Shown: in pieces, positions 1-12,235 of the stretch
Layout: every line of letters begins with the position of its first letter
Numbering within the stretch: the first letter of the stretch is position 1
From: Vicugna vicugna
Taxonomy: Eukaryota
NCBI GenBank assembly: GCA_013265495.1
Contig: MU057947.1
Span: 1,573,070 to 1,637,069, forward strand
Direction of reading: 5' to 3'
DNA: 64,000 bases
Position numbers and translations under genes: made by a program
Notes under the pieces: model-generated
What the model was told of the DNA's origin: nothing
The model's input: only the letters and a program-made list of their open reading frames with translations
Databases searched by the model: none

Positions 1-2534
1 ACTCCCACCCGCATGTCACGACAGCGGCCTGGCGGCAACGGGCCGTCTGCCTGCCTGGGCTCTGGCATCCGCGCTCCCCCCTGCCAGGATCACTTCCCCG
101 GGGTTGGCAGCCCCCATCCGACTCCCCGCCCTGGGACACACGCTCGGCTCACTCCGATGCCCTATCGGGGCCCTGCCTGCCTGTCCGCGGCTGCCCTTCC
201 TGCATCTCGTGTTCCCGGCGATTCGGGGCTGGGGGAATCCGGGGCTGGGGAGCCACGGAGCCCGGCAGTTCACAGCAGCCCCCGGAGTGCCACAGGCAGA
301 GTGGCCATCATCACTGAGTGGTGACGTGGGTCAGCAGCCACCCTCAGTAGGTAAGAGGGCGATTATTTCAATCCATTGTATTCCAGAGGCAAATGATACA
401 ATGAAGTTTTCCTTTCATCTACAAAAATAATTTCACACCTTTTAATGACATAATCACAGCTAATTAATCCTACAGGCTATTCTGTTTTATACATGTAGCT
501 ATTAATTTACACACAAAAAAGCTAGGAAATGTTCTAAAATGACATCAGTTTGAATATTTCTCATAAATGTTACAAAGGAAGCCTTTTAAAGTTCACATTT
601 GACAAATGCTAAGTGCCATGGCCCATGAACAGGTTTTTCTTTTCTTTTTTTTTTTTTAAGGCTTTTACTGTCTAAGATGTAACAAATGAATATTTAAAAA
701 CGGCCTTGTTTGGCCTTGGTTCAAGACGACACAGATGGTGGAGAAGGCCTGATGGTGGGTGAGGCTTCCCTGAGAGCAATGGAAACATTTTATGATTGCT
801 TAAGGGAAAAACAAAATGCAGAGATCGGTTCTGGAGGCTCATTGCTCTGGAGAGAGGGACCCGTGGGCCCTAGGACGGAGAGAGAGCCGGGCTGAGACCC
901 AGGCGCAGGACCCGCTCAGGCCGTCATCTCCTGGGCCAGGAGCCCTGTCGGCCTCACCTGGGTGACCTCTGGCTCTAGGGGGTGGGTCCCCCTTCCACAG
1001 TTGCACCCAGACCTCAGAGACCGTGTGGCTCAGCTCAGGGAAGGAGAAGCTACAACCAGAAGGGGAAGGGCAGGGGTCCGTGGCGGGCAAAGCCAGCAGG
1101 TGTCCAGGGACAGCCGATACTTCAGTGATGAGGAAAAAGTGACCTAATTCCGAGCATTCAGACACAGGCACGTTGTCGATTTCAGATAAGCAATCAATGA
1201 CAGGCCAGCACGTAGTGGGTGGGTAATCAGCCTTTTGCAAATTTAGAATTTAATTATGTTTAAAATATCTGCATTATAAAGCAATATGTTTAGCATAATT
1301 ATAAATGCCATTTGGGGTGGTGCGTTTTTCTTAGTTGTTGGGTAATTTCCTGAAATCGGAGTCCCGTGTTCTTCCCTAAATTATGACCTGGGTAATCTGG
1401 CATTTTGTTAAAGGTAGAAGAAAAATTACAAAATGTTCAGCATGAGGTTTGCAAGCTGGGAAGTAAATGTTGTGGAAATGTACCTAAAAAGATTCTCTGA
1501 ATACAGTTCGCCTTGCATTTAAATATTCATCTTATTCAATTGATGGGAGTTTTCTAGGTGCATCCCGCATGCAGGATTGAGGGGAATTTTTTATATCTAT
1601 TTATAAATTGATCTATTTATCTACCTGTCCATTCACCAGCCATCCACCAGGCTCTCTGACTTCTGGGTTGACCACCTGCTGGCACCTGAGACACGCAAGT
1701 GTACCCCAGCCCTTGAGTCAGTTCCAACCCGAGGCGAAGCTGAGAAGGTCCCAAATGCGGGGAAAAGGCAAACACTGTGAAAGCCGGCAGGAGGCAAGGC
1801 GTTGTCTTCTGCAGGTGGCTGGGGTGCCTGGAGAGGACATGAAGGACCAGAAGGGCTTGGCCACACACGGGGGAAAGGGACAGTGCGATGTGGACACAGC
1901 ATGAGCTGAGGCTTCAGTCGTTTACCCCCGGAGCCCCAGCTGCTCTGGCGGACAGGTCCCAGTGCGGACGGAGACTTACCAAGCTGGGCGCTCTGGGGAA
2001 AGCTTTCGTTGTCAGAGACGGCGAACCTGGAACTGAGGAGGGGAACCGGAGGGGAGAATGGAGGCAGGGCTGCCACCCCTCGTCCCCGCAGGCCAGAGTC
2101 CCGGGAGTCCAGACACGGGCTGGGCACTGGGCCCTGCTGCAGGAAGGAGGGACCCTCAGCCTGCCTTTTCCCCAGTCTGTGCACCCCTAGGAGAGTTTTC
2201 CTCAGTGCCTGTGTTGGAACAAACCCGTCTAAAGTCAGTGCCGCTGTCGGATCAGACCTTCTTCCCCTCGGAGGAGCTCGGCGTGAGCTCCTGCACCTTG
2301 TAACTCATCCCGTTCTTCGCAAGTGTGCGATTGTAGGCACAGTTGCTTCCTTTGGTTAAAAGTCAATTTTTGCATGAAGATTTTATTCTCAAAAGTCCTT
2401 TTTTAAAAAGTAAATAACTGTTCCCCCTAACAAAAATAATTAGGAACATCTTGGCTTTTCATTTGTTGTTTCAGTCAGAAAAAAATGGCATCAAGTTTCC
2501 CATCACCAGGGACAGGCCCAGCCCACTTTTTTCA

Positions 2535-2783
2535 TGAAGTCACAGTCCTTTAGCCCCAGGACCTGAATGCTCCTGACCAACACCTGAGCTCGGAGAGGCA
2601 GCCTTCCCCAGCTGAGCCTCAGATGAGACCGCAGCCCTAGCCAACATCTTGAAGGCAGCCTCTCAGAGGACCCTGATGAGCTGTGCGTGGAGCCCTGCCT
2701 GACCTGCAGGAACTGGGGGGTGATGGTGAGTGGTCTTAGGGAAGGGTCTGGAAAAGCGGTTACACAGCAACAGAGAATGTACC
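2535..2783 (+). mobile_element. MLT1-type MaLR LTR 3' part
   Basis: ccccagctgagcctcagatgagaccgcagccctagccaacatcttga...gttacacagcaacaga. Confidence 0.7.
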
Positions 2784-5700
2784 CTAGTTAGAGTCAGTCC
2801 TCACTCTGTACTTCCCATGGGGTGACAAGTCGTCACAGAGCCACAGATCTCCAGCACCGTCCACGTCAACCCCCGCTGAGCGCGCAGGGCTTCCTAACCA
2901 GGTGGAAGCGAAGGCGGAGGACATCACCAGCACGTGGTGCCCCAAACCCTGTGCACCCCACCCGGCTGCCCCTCGGTCTTCTTTGAGAGGAGCCGGAAGT
3001 CACGGTTTCGCGGTCACAGCGAGCAGATTTGACGTGTACATGTAGGCAGCACAGTCCGTAACCTCATTCCTGGTGTCTTCGAGTCTCGATGGGAGAAACA
3101 GTGACAGACGTAACAGCAGGAAAGCCCCAAGCCTCCAAATTAAACATCCATCTGGCATCGCACTTACTTTTCTAGGTTCTGCTGAATCTTTCCCGCAAGC
3201 CAGTTCACAACTGATAAGCCGAGCACTTTCTCAAACGAGGTGAAAGCCAACGGGCCTTGAAGACCAAGTCCCAGCGGAGCGGGTGGGCCCCTGTCGCTGC
3301 CCCGCGTCCGCTCTCCCCAGCTCTGGCAGGAGCGGCTGTGAGCGAGGCGAGGCCCACAGCCCGTCCGCCCGCGCCCCGAGCCCAGCCCTGCTTCAGGCCC
3401 CGCGTGAAGGGCATGAGGCCATAAGGTCGGAGCTCAGAACCCTGCTTCCCGGTTTAGACTTGGTTATTGCTTCGCTTTCAAAAAAATTTGTTTTTGGTCC
3501 CTGGGTTATGAATTAGGGTTAATTTCTAAGATGTTTCCATCCATTTAAACAAACAGGAGTTCCCAGCTTTCCGGATAAATACCCCGAAGGTGGAGAGCTG
3601 ATGTCCCAAGGTCATGGCCCGTCCTGGCTCACCTGCAGCTGCGTCTGACCCTGGACCCCTGACACTGACGACCCAGGCCGGGCTCTGAGGGCCATCAGGT
3701 GTGTCCCCCTACCCCGGTGCCGGTCACTGAGAAGGACTGAAGCCCGAGTGCATTAGCCAAGCTGAGGAGCAGCTGACGGCAAGGAACACGTGTGTCCGGC
3801 GGAGCCCCTGCTCCTGCTGGGAGCCGAGCGCCAGTGTGGGTCGCGGGCCGGCAGGTCCCCCTCTGTTGTGTCTCAGTGCTGTCCACCCCCGCGCTTGCCG
3901 CACTTGGGGAAAGGGCCCCGGATCGCTGCTTTGTCATTTTTCAAGGAGCAGCAGCTTCGTATTTATCAGACGGGAGATAAGGTGTCCTCACCGTTATCTC
4001 CCCGAGGCGTCACTGGGAGGCTGGGAGCAGGGGCGGGAGGGAGCCCGGAGACACCACCACGCAGACCCCGAGTACCTGCTCCCGCGCCACGTGTGTACCC
4101 GCACCATCTACCTGAGAAGACTAGGCTGCTGGTCCCCGTGAGAAACAACTCTTGTCACCAGACATCCCTGTTGAGAATGTGTGGTTGGACTGAAGGCGGT
4201 TTAAGAAATAGACTGTATCTGGACGGGGAGGACGAGGGCTGGTGAGGCCTGGGGAGGACGCCTGGACCACGTGTGGACACAAAGGAGACAGTGGTGTGAC
4301 ATCGACCAGGGAACAGTCATGGGGGATGCTCTGCAGGGGTGGGGGCCGTCCAAGAACTCGGCCACCATGGGAAGCCCCTGCCACAAGCACCTGCGTCTCT
4401 CTCCTCCCTCGGCGTCTCCTGCTGGGGTCTCCACTGGCTGAACTCAGCTGTCTCCCTTGGGCAGGTCCCCCTCTTGAGCACAAGGATGGAGAAGGATGGA
4501 GACAGGGGTGGGTGGAGCTGTAGGTGAGACCCAGCAGATGTCAGGCGTCCCACCCACCTGCTGGCCTCTGCTCTCTCCCAGTCGGCCAGCCCTCCCCAGA
4601 CGTCCTCGCCCCACTAGAGGAAGAAGCCAGCCCCATCCCACCACCCCCTGCCAGAGCTTGGCTCCCGTCTGCCACAGGGGTCACTCATGGGTGCCAGACA
4701 TCACCAGGTTTCTTGGCAGTGCCCTGCTGCCACTCTGCCCACTGGACCCACCACCTCCTGTGCACTGGGAACTCTGCATCCTGTGCCTTTTTCCGTCCTG
4801 CGCCTGTGCTCTGACGCCTTGGCCTCTGGGAAGGCTCCCTCCTGCACGGGACAGCTCAGTCCCAGCGTCTGCCTCTGCCCTGGTGCTCCGGAGCATTGCT
4901 CCCTGTTCACGCTGGGACCTGTGCCTGTTCAGGGTGGAAGCTCCCTGGGAGGGGAGATGCCACCGCTCTCTGCGCCCCTGCCGTGGGCTGGGGCTCGGGG
5001 CGGGCCAGATGGAGAGTCCCAGCAGCCCGGGCATCGCTCCCCCCCAGAGCCCTGTGCCCTCGGAAGGCAGTTGCGGAATCGCCTCCACAGACGACGGGGG
5101 TGACGCTGTCTTAGTCTTGACGGGGCAGGAGCTCACCTGGGCAGGAGGGGTGCTCGTATACATGGAGCACAAATGGTGCGATGACGCCTTCTTGCAGCAC
5201 AGGAAGCTCCGGCTCGGAGGCTCGGAGAGGGTCCTGGTCCAGCTGGGTCCGCATCCCGCGCATCTGCTGTCTCTGCCTGCAGTGGGAGGGACCAGACATC
5301 TGGGTGTGGTTTGCACAGTAAGGACGGGTAGGCGGTGAGTCTGGGTGAGCTGGCCAACACGAGGCGGGTGCAGAGCCCTGGGCTCCTCAGGGCCCACGCC
5401 CCATTCTCAGGGCCGTGGCAGCTTCTGTAGTGCGATCTCCAGAGCCTGCATGGGGCAGTCTGAGGGGAGCCCTTATCCTAAGCTGTCCCTCCAGCTGGAG
5501 CTGCCCCTCAGGTCATCCGTGTGCTGGAGACACTTGTTCTAAGAGGGTCTTTCTAAAACCAGCACAGAAGGGCCATCTGGGAAGCATCCGGTTACCTATT
5601 CCCTTAGCGCCACCTCCCGTGGACACCCAACCACGCTGTGGATCCCGCAGATGGCTCGTACCTGCCCCCCCACGTCCACGGGGAGTGAAGGGAAGTCTCC

Positions 5701-8700
5701 CTGCAGAGCACGGGACCAGCTGGAGGGGCGGAGTGGGCCACCCAGAGTCCAGGTGGGAGGCTGCCAGCCCTGGAGTTGATCAAAGACAAGGTCAGACAAA
5801 GACATCTTCCTTAAGAGGCAGAGCAGCCCGTGCACTTCACCCAGTGGCCGGGAAGGACAGGCCCTCCAGGACTCCACAGCTTGGCCCCCAAGGAACCGCG
5901 CCCTGGAGGCAGGGCCTTCCTGGATGCCGGGAGGAGGGGACAGAAGTCAGTGACCCCCCAGGACAGGGCAGGACAGCAGGTGTGCAGGGAAGGTCAAAGG
6001 AAGTGCCCCAGGGATTCAGAGGGGGAGCGTCCCTGCAGAGCTCCCCAGACACGTCCGTCCGTCCGCAGCCCCGGCGGGAGGGCGGTCCTGCTCTGGAGCC
6101 CGGCTGCTCAGCCCTGGCGCTGGCGTGCAGGTGGCCCGCTGCTGAGAGCTCGGGACAGAGCTTGCTTCCCAGGAAGCAGCAAACAGCAGGGGAAGGAGTA
6201 GGAAGCTAGCTAACTAGGTGGCTTCCCCGCCACTAGAGCTGTCTGCTGACTCACTGTGACGCAAATTCTTGCAACGTGTTTCCCCCTTTTCTCTGACACA
6301 CCCCATCTCTGCTTCACTTGCTCAACTGCTTCTGCGCTGGGCAGGCTGCAGCCTCCCCCACCCTCCCTGCTCCCTAGACTCCCTTCACCCAGAACAGCTT
6401 GTGTGCGCCAGCAAGGTGGTCGCGTGCCGACAGCCTCCGAAGGATGAACTGGCCCTCCGGAGTTTCTCCGTGACACCAGGTGGGTTCATCAAGATTAAGA
6501 CGAATACAGCACCCGGGGGAACACCCTGATTGTTGTCACCTTTTTTGTAAAACCTCAGGACCCCAATCCCAAGGTGGACTCACAGCCCCTAAGGCATGAG
6601 CCTGCTGGGACTCCCTTTGCCCGGCCAAGCAATAAGGCTGTTCTTTGCCGATTCTCCCAAAACTCTGCGTCCGAGTGTCAGTTTGGCCACGGGGGTACAG
6701 AGGCCAGCTTTGGGGCAACACGAGACCCTGCACGTGCCCCGGGAAGGTCAGACTGATGAATCAAGCCGAAGAGAGGGCTTGGGGGGGGAGGGGAGTCCAG
6801 CAGCGCTCCCCCATTGCTGCCCCCGCCCCTACCCCCGAGGATGCGGGCACCCGGGGCGGGTCCTGGGCCACACAGATGACTGGGCTCCACCCCAGGATGG
6901 GCCTTGGGCTTCTGCTTTTAGCTCCCTGTGCAGCTCCCGACTGGCTGCCCTGAGACTCGGGTTGGTGGCCTGGAGCCTGTGAGTGACAGGCAAGCAGTCA
7001 GTGCCCAACCACTCAGCACTAAGGCTCATCGGATGCCACGAGTCCCCCAGACATCACTTTTTACTCCAGGCACAAAGTACTGTCCCCCTCACCACTCGCA
7101 CACAGACGCACGCACCCTCATCACTGCAGGGGAAGGGTGGGACTCCCCTTGTTAGTCACGGTAAACATGGAATCTTGTTAGCACATCGTGGACTCCATCC
7201 ACCCAGGACAATAAAACAGCAACTGTGGATGCGCTGCTCCCTCCAGACACGGGCCTGCCTCCCAGATGGAGAGGGAGGGGGGCTGGGGGGCTGGGGGGCA
7301 GGGCTGAGACCTGAGCGCTCCCTGGGCAAGGCTGGGACGGTGGCTTCAGCACCTCATGGCGTTGGATCAAAAGCCCCGGTGACTCAGGTGTGAGCAGAGC
7401 CCGGGTGGAACGTGCCCTGGAGGAGAAGCCCCTCCGTGGGGTTCGCAGGCAGGGCTGTTATGTCCACTGGGACGAGACCTGGCCTCGCCTGGAGGTGTGT
7501 GCCGTCTGGCATGAGCCCTGGGGGCCGGGTGTCGGGCCCGGCATGTCCTACGCAGCGCAGGGACCGGGGACTTTCTCCCTAATTCGCCAGCAGATCCCCT
7601 CTCACTGGACGTGGCGGGACCTTGGGAAGAAGGTAGGGGCCTCCTTAACCACTGCTTTTGGGAAACCTGGGGGTGGAGGCTGTGCCTGGCCCTCGTCCTG
7701 GCCTTAACTGGCCACGGACCAGTCAGCCACGGCCTGAATGCTCTGGCCGTAGAAACTGACCTGAGAGGCGAGCGCACCAAACCGGAGTGCGGCCCGGCTC
7801 GGAGCGCAGGCTGGGGTGTCAGCGGGTCTCTCTGTCACATTTTAAGGGCAATAAACTGAAAAGGTGACGTTGGTGACAGTGTCTTAGAGCAGCGCCCTGA
7901 CGGACTCCCAGGCCACCTGGCACCCATCCTGCAGAGCCACCCACCCCATGGGGGACATGCAGGTTTTATGGGCCAGCAGGGAAGGTCCGCCTTCTGGGCC
8001 CTGGGAAAGCGCAGCCAGGCCAGGACACAGCGGAGGAGGACAGAGCTACTGCAAATGATCACAAGAGGGACCGTCTCTTCTCCTTTTCTTGTTCAGGGAC
8101 CCTCAGAAGTTCATTGTGAAGCTGCAGGGGTCAGACCCCAGGTGCCAGGCAGGGGCTCCCCGCCGAGCCAGAGGCGAAGACCAGCCACCGGGGAGGGCCG
8201 GGAGCTGCGACCTCAAATGCAAATAAGTCCCCAGTGGGCTCCCGAGGCGGGGTGTGCTCTCAGAGGGCCGCCAGGGCAGGAGGCCCCGCGCAGAGAGACT
8301 GAGAAGAGAGAACGAAGCCCACAGCCCACGGCCGATCGCAAAACAGAGGACAGCAGGGATAACCAGAGAGTCCCAGAAACCTGGCAGGGTGCCCGGAATG
8401 CAGCACTCGAGAAGCCACTTGGAAAAGGGGGCCATTCGATCTGGTGGCCCTGGCGATGGCTTTCCTGTCATCACCCTGTTGGGGGTGGGGGGGTCTGAAC
8501 AGCCTGAAGGCTGGGATAAGGAAGTCCTGTGTGCTTTTTGAGTCGGGTCTGCGGGACCTGGAGGCAGCTTGGACCGAGGACGCTGTCCCATGTCCCACAT
8601 CCCACAGGGCAGCGAGACTCAGGGAGGGAGTGTCCCTTCAGGGGACATGACACCACGTAACCAGAAATCCTCCGTGGGGCAGGTGTGAACTGACCCCTCT

Positions 8701-9499
8701 GTTTCAGTAAGGAAACTGGTGGAGGGGGCACTTCCAACCTGACCATGGGACGTCTTTTTCCTCCAGCTGCCTCAGAAATGTCTGGATGAGGCCAGTGAGT
8801 GTTTCCCCTGGAACCTGGATACTGAGCCAGACAAGGCTCTGTGTCTGCTGCCTTCCTCCAGGGCCCCTCGTGGGTTTGGGCCAGGCTCACCGTCGTCCTG
8901 GGCTGAGCCCGCAGTGCAGCACACACTTCAATATCTGACAAAGTTCCCAATTGGAATTGCATTCCGCTTAACACGTTCCCAAATGTGCATGCGGATAAAA
9001 CCACTGCACAGCTGTGTTTTGAAATGGTGTCGTGTTTCATTGGTGTAAAGGGATTTTCCTTAAAAAGAGACTAGGCCATTTAGGAAGGACGTCCACGTCA
9101 CATGGGCTTGGTGGCCGACAGCTGGCTTCCCCGGGTACTAACTCTGAGTCTGTGCAGTGTTAGTGCAGGGGGCAAAACGCAGGAGCTGAAACAGGACCAG
9201 GAGGAAAATAAAGATGTCGTCCTCTTTCTCTCCTTCCCTCTCTTGCTCACACCCCACAGCCTGTAAGTGGATTCTGAGGGCTTGTGCTTTGGGAGTGAAC
9301 GCAGCATCAGTAAATTTTGATGATTCCATGCTCCTCTTTGCCCCCACTTTTCTGCTCCGGATGGGGTGTCCCTTCCCATCCTCTGGCTGTCATCTCAGCT
9401 GCGCAAGCAGCTCTGACCAACGGTGTGAGCGACGTGACAAGTGCTTCTGGGATTGCCTCGGTCTCTTGTGCCTCTGCCTTTCCTGTGAAAACAGCGGGT

Positions 9500-9655
9500 C
9501 TGGTCCAGCCTGCTGGTCCCAGAAGCCTGGACAAGCCAAACCCCAGCCGCAGGCCACCCGGGAGCCACAGCAGAGCTCTTTGTGGTTTTGCAGACCACTA
9601 AGTTCTTGTGGTTGTTTGTTACATGGCATGTTGTGGTCACGCTGACAACTGTAGC
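9500..9655 (+). mobile_element. Old MLT1 LTR 3' fragment
   Basis: ccactaagttcttgtggttgtttgttacatggcat...gctgac terminal motif. Confidence 0.55.
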
Positions 9656-10599
9656 TCCCCTCTCCCTCAACTCGGAGGCACGGACAAGAGGCCAGTGAGA
9701 TATGTGATGAGCGAGACACAGCTGAGAGAGACAGGGTGAGATATAAGTGAGATAGGGCCAAGAGAAGGCACAAGCACTGGCCTTTCACAGCCTTAAACTC
9801 TAAAGTGCACCTGCACGCGCACGCACAATGCTCCAAGCCGACCCTGCCATGAAGGGAATTCAGACCCTTGACTAAAACTGGCCTTGAGTGGGAACTCAGT
9901 TAGAATCTGTACAGATTACCGGCTCAGTTCCCACAAAGGAGCCAACATCCCTTTGAATTTCTTTAAATTTTGCTTCAATTATATATCACGTCTAAAGTGA
10001 TAGTGTTAAAAAGGTTTGAAAAGCATTTACACATCTTTTAAATATAAAGTTAAATGAAACCTCAATGTAAACAGTAATTCATTTTGTTCTGGGGAGAAGC
10101 TGTGATTCCCTGGGTGGACGTGTGTGTTGTTCAAGTCAATACTTTCATTCTAGGAATCCAGCCACCTCCTCCCATTCTCTGGGAAAGCCACCCAGATCAT
10201 TTACTGTTGGTTTCCAGGTTCCTCACTGGATCTGGAGTGCCTGCAGTGCCTTCATCTTTGGAGGCTGTGGCTTTGCCCTGACCAGCCAGGCCATTAGGAT
10301 GGTACCACCCAAGTGAGGTGTGTTCAGGGAGGACCCAGTGCGGGGAGGAGGGCGGACATCCCCTCCTGACTCCTGATCTGTTCCAGTCACCGGAATGAAA
10401 ACGTGTGGCTCTTGGGTTAGGATATTTCTATTAAGCTATGAAATATTTTTGAAACAAACCAAGGAGCCCAGAGAATATCGTTACGAAAACACAGGACTGT
10501 CAGCACCACCAGGGAGGGACAGCTCCTTCAGAGCTCCCCCCTCCCCCAGGGGTGCACTGATGTGTGTCTCTTGGGGGGACACCTTGTGGTTTCTGTGTG

Positions 10600-11420
10600 A
10601 ACCATAAGCAGTTTGCACGTCCTACCATTTTGTGTAAATGTCACTCCATCCTCCCCGAAACTGGCTCTGTCTGGGGGACTTAGTCGTGCTGACGTCTGTG
10701 GCTCCTGGTTGCTTATGTAAATAAACCGCCGCGTGGTCGCGCATCCTGTGAGTCCACACGCTTCATCCATCCACGTTCTAATTCAGGGAAATTCAGTCAC
10801 CCTCAGTGTCTCGTGTCAGGACACGCGCTCCGATACGCGTCCCCACGTGCGCATGTGGAAGGCTTTCTTTCTAGAGGCTCTGAGTTTGAAAGCACAATTT
10901 GAAGGGGCATCCTCCACTTTGCGAGGTTTTGTTAAATCGCCCTAAAATGTAGTCGCACAACGTGCTCTCCTCCCTCAGGGTCTGACGGCACCTGTCACAC
11001 CGCTGTCTCGTCAAAAATTAATTCTGACCAGCTTCTCATTCCAATATGCATTTCCCCACTCATCTGAGGCCCAGAAACACAGTGCATGTTTCTGGCCACT
11101 GATAGGCCCTCATCTGTACGTTACCTGTTTGTCTGCTGGGCCTTGCCTTTTCTTCTCATTGACTTGTTGACCTTTATTTATCTTAGACATTGATTATCTG
11201 CATCGCAAATACCTTCTCTGCCCGTGCCTTGACTTTCCATTCTGTTTTTGGCCTCTGTTGTCGGAAACGTGAAACTTTAATGCTCTCACGTCTATCAGTC
11301 TTTGCTTCCACGATTTTTGTTTCGGATCTCTTATTTAAGAAATCTCTGCCCATGCCAGAGTCAAAGATACTCTTCTGAAAATTCTTCTAAAAAATTCTTT
11401 GAAAATAACCCATGTCTTTC
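10600..11420 (-). mobile_element. Ancient L1ME-like ORF2/3' fragment
   Basis: T-rich tract with tcttatttaagaaatctctgcccatgccagagtcaaagatactcttc and gcaaataccttctc motifs. Boundaries approximate. Confidence 0.55.
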
Positions 11421-11903
11421 ATAGCTCTGCTTCTGACAGACAGAAACCTATTAAAGTTGTTTTTGAGCCTAGCTTTGTTTCTCTGGCTTTCTTTTTCGAA
11501 ATCGTGTGCATCACTGATCTGCACTGGAAGCTCGTGGGATGTGTGCAGTCGTAAGCCAGCAGCCCCTTCCCGGTCAGAAGTCAGCTCTGAGTCTAAATGA
11601 GACTCAAAGCCACTTTGTAGCCAGGGTGCTGGGGAGGAGGACGCCCCTTGACCTCATGGAGGGAGCCTTGAGTCCACAGGGAAAGTTCCCCTGACTCTCT
11701 TCTCATTCCTGTGATCAGCAGAAGCGCTCTGGCGTCGGCCGAAGTGGCTCATTTCTTTGGCGTGTCTCCTGGGTATTGTGTTGAGCTGTCCAGCCTGCTT
11801 AACGCGATTGCCTCCACCTTTCTCTTGCTGGGGAACCAGGGCTCCGTCAGGATGCAGGGTTCACTGAGGCAACTTCTCCATCAGTTCTTGGCTGCCCCAG
11901 CAT

Positions 11904-11948
11904 TTTTATTTTATTTTATTTTATTTTATTTTATTTTATTTTATTTTA
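11904..11948. repeat. (TTTTA)9 microsatellite
   Basis: Perfect pentanucleotide run. Confidence 0.95.
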
Positions 11949-12099
11949 CTCCCCCCACGCCTCATCCCAGGGTGTCTTCCCAGCATCTCCTGCCCAGGGA
12001 TGCCCACCCCCACCGAGCACTTCAGTTCCCAAACTCACTCCCCTTCCCTGCTGTGTCTCCTTGACGGCTGTCACTCCTGTCAAACCATCGCAATGACTA

Positions 12100-12235
12100 T
12101 TTTCCTTCTTGTGGCCCAGCTTCCCATTAGAAGATAAACCTCACGAAGGCAGGAACTGTTGCTGCCTCCTGTCTGTTTTGCGCATGACACCATCGCCAAC
12201 ACGCAGGAGGCGACATCCAGTAAATGTTGAGTGTG
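12100..12235 (+). mobile_element. L2 3'-end remnant
   Basis: attagaagataaacctcacgaaggcagg...caggaggcgacatccagtaaatgttgagtg. Confidence 0.5.

Noticed and set aside
4496..6209. Long ORFs (280, 238 and 264 aa), and similar ones at 12231, 15264, 36591 and 38005
   Set aside because: Pro/Gly/Arg/Ala-rich, overlapping on both strands, no recognisable domain; expected from stop-codon scarcity in GC-rich DNA.
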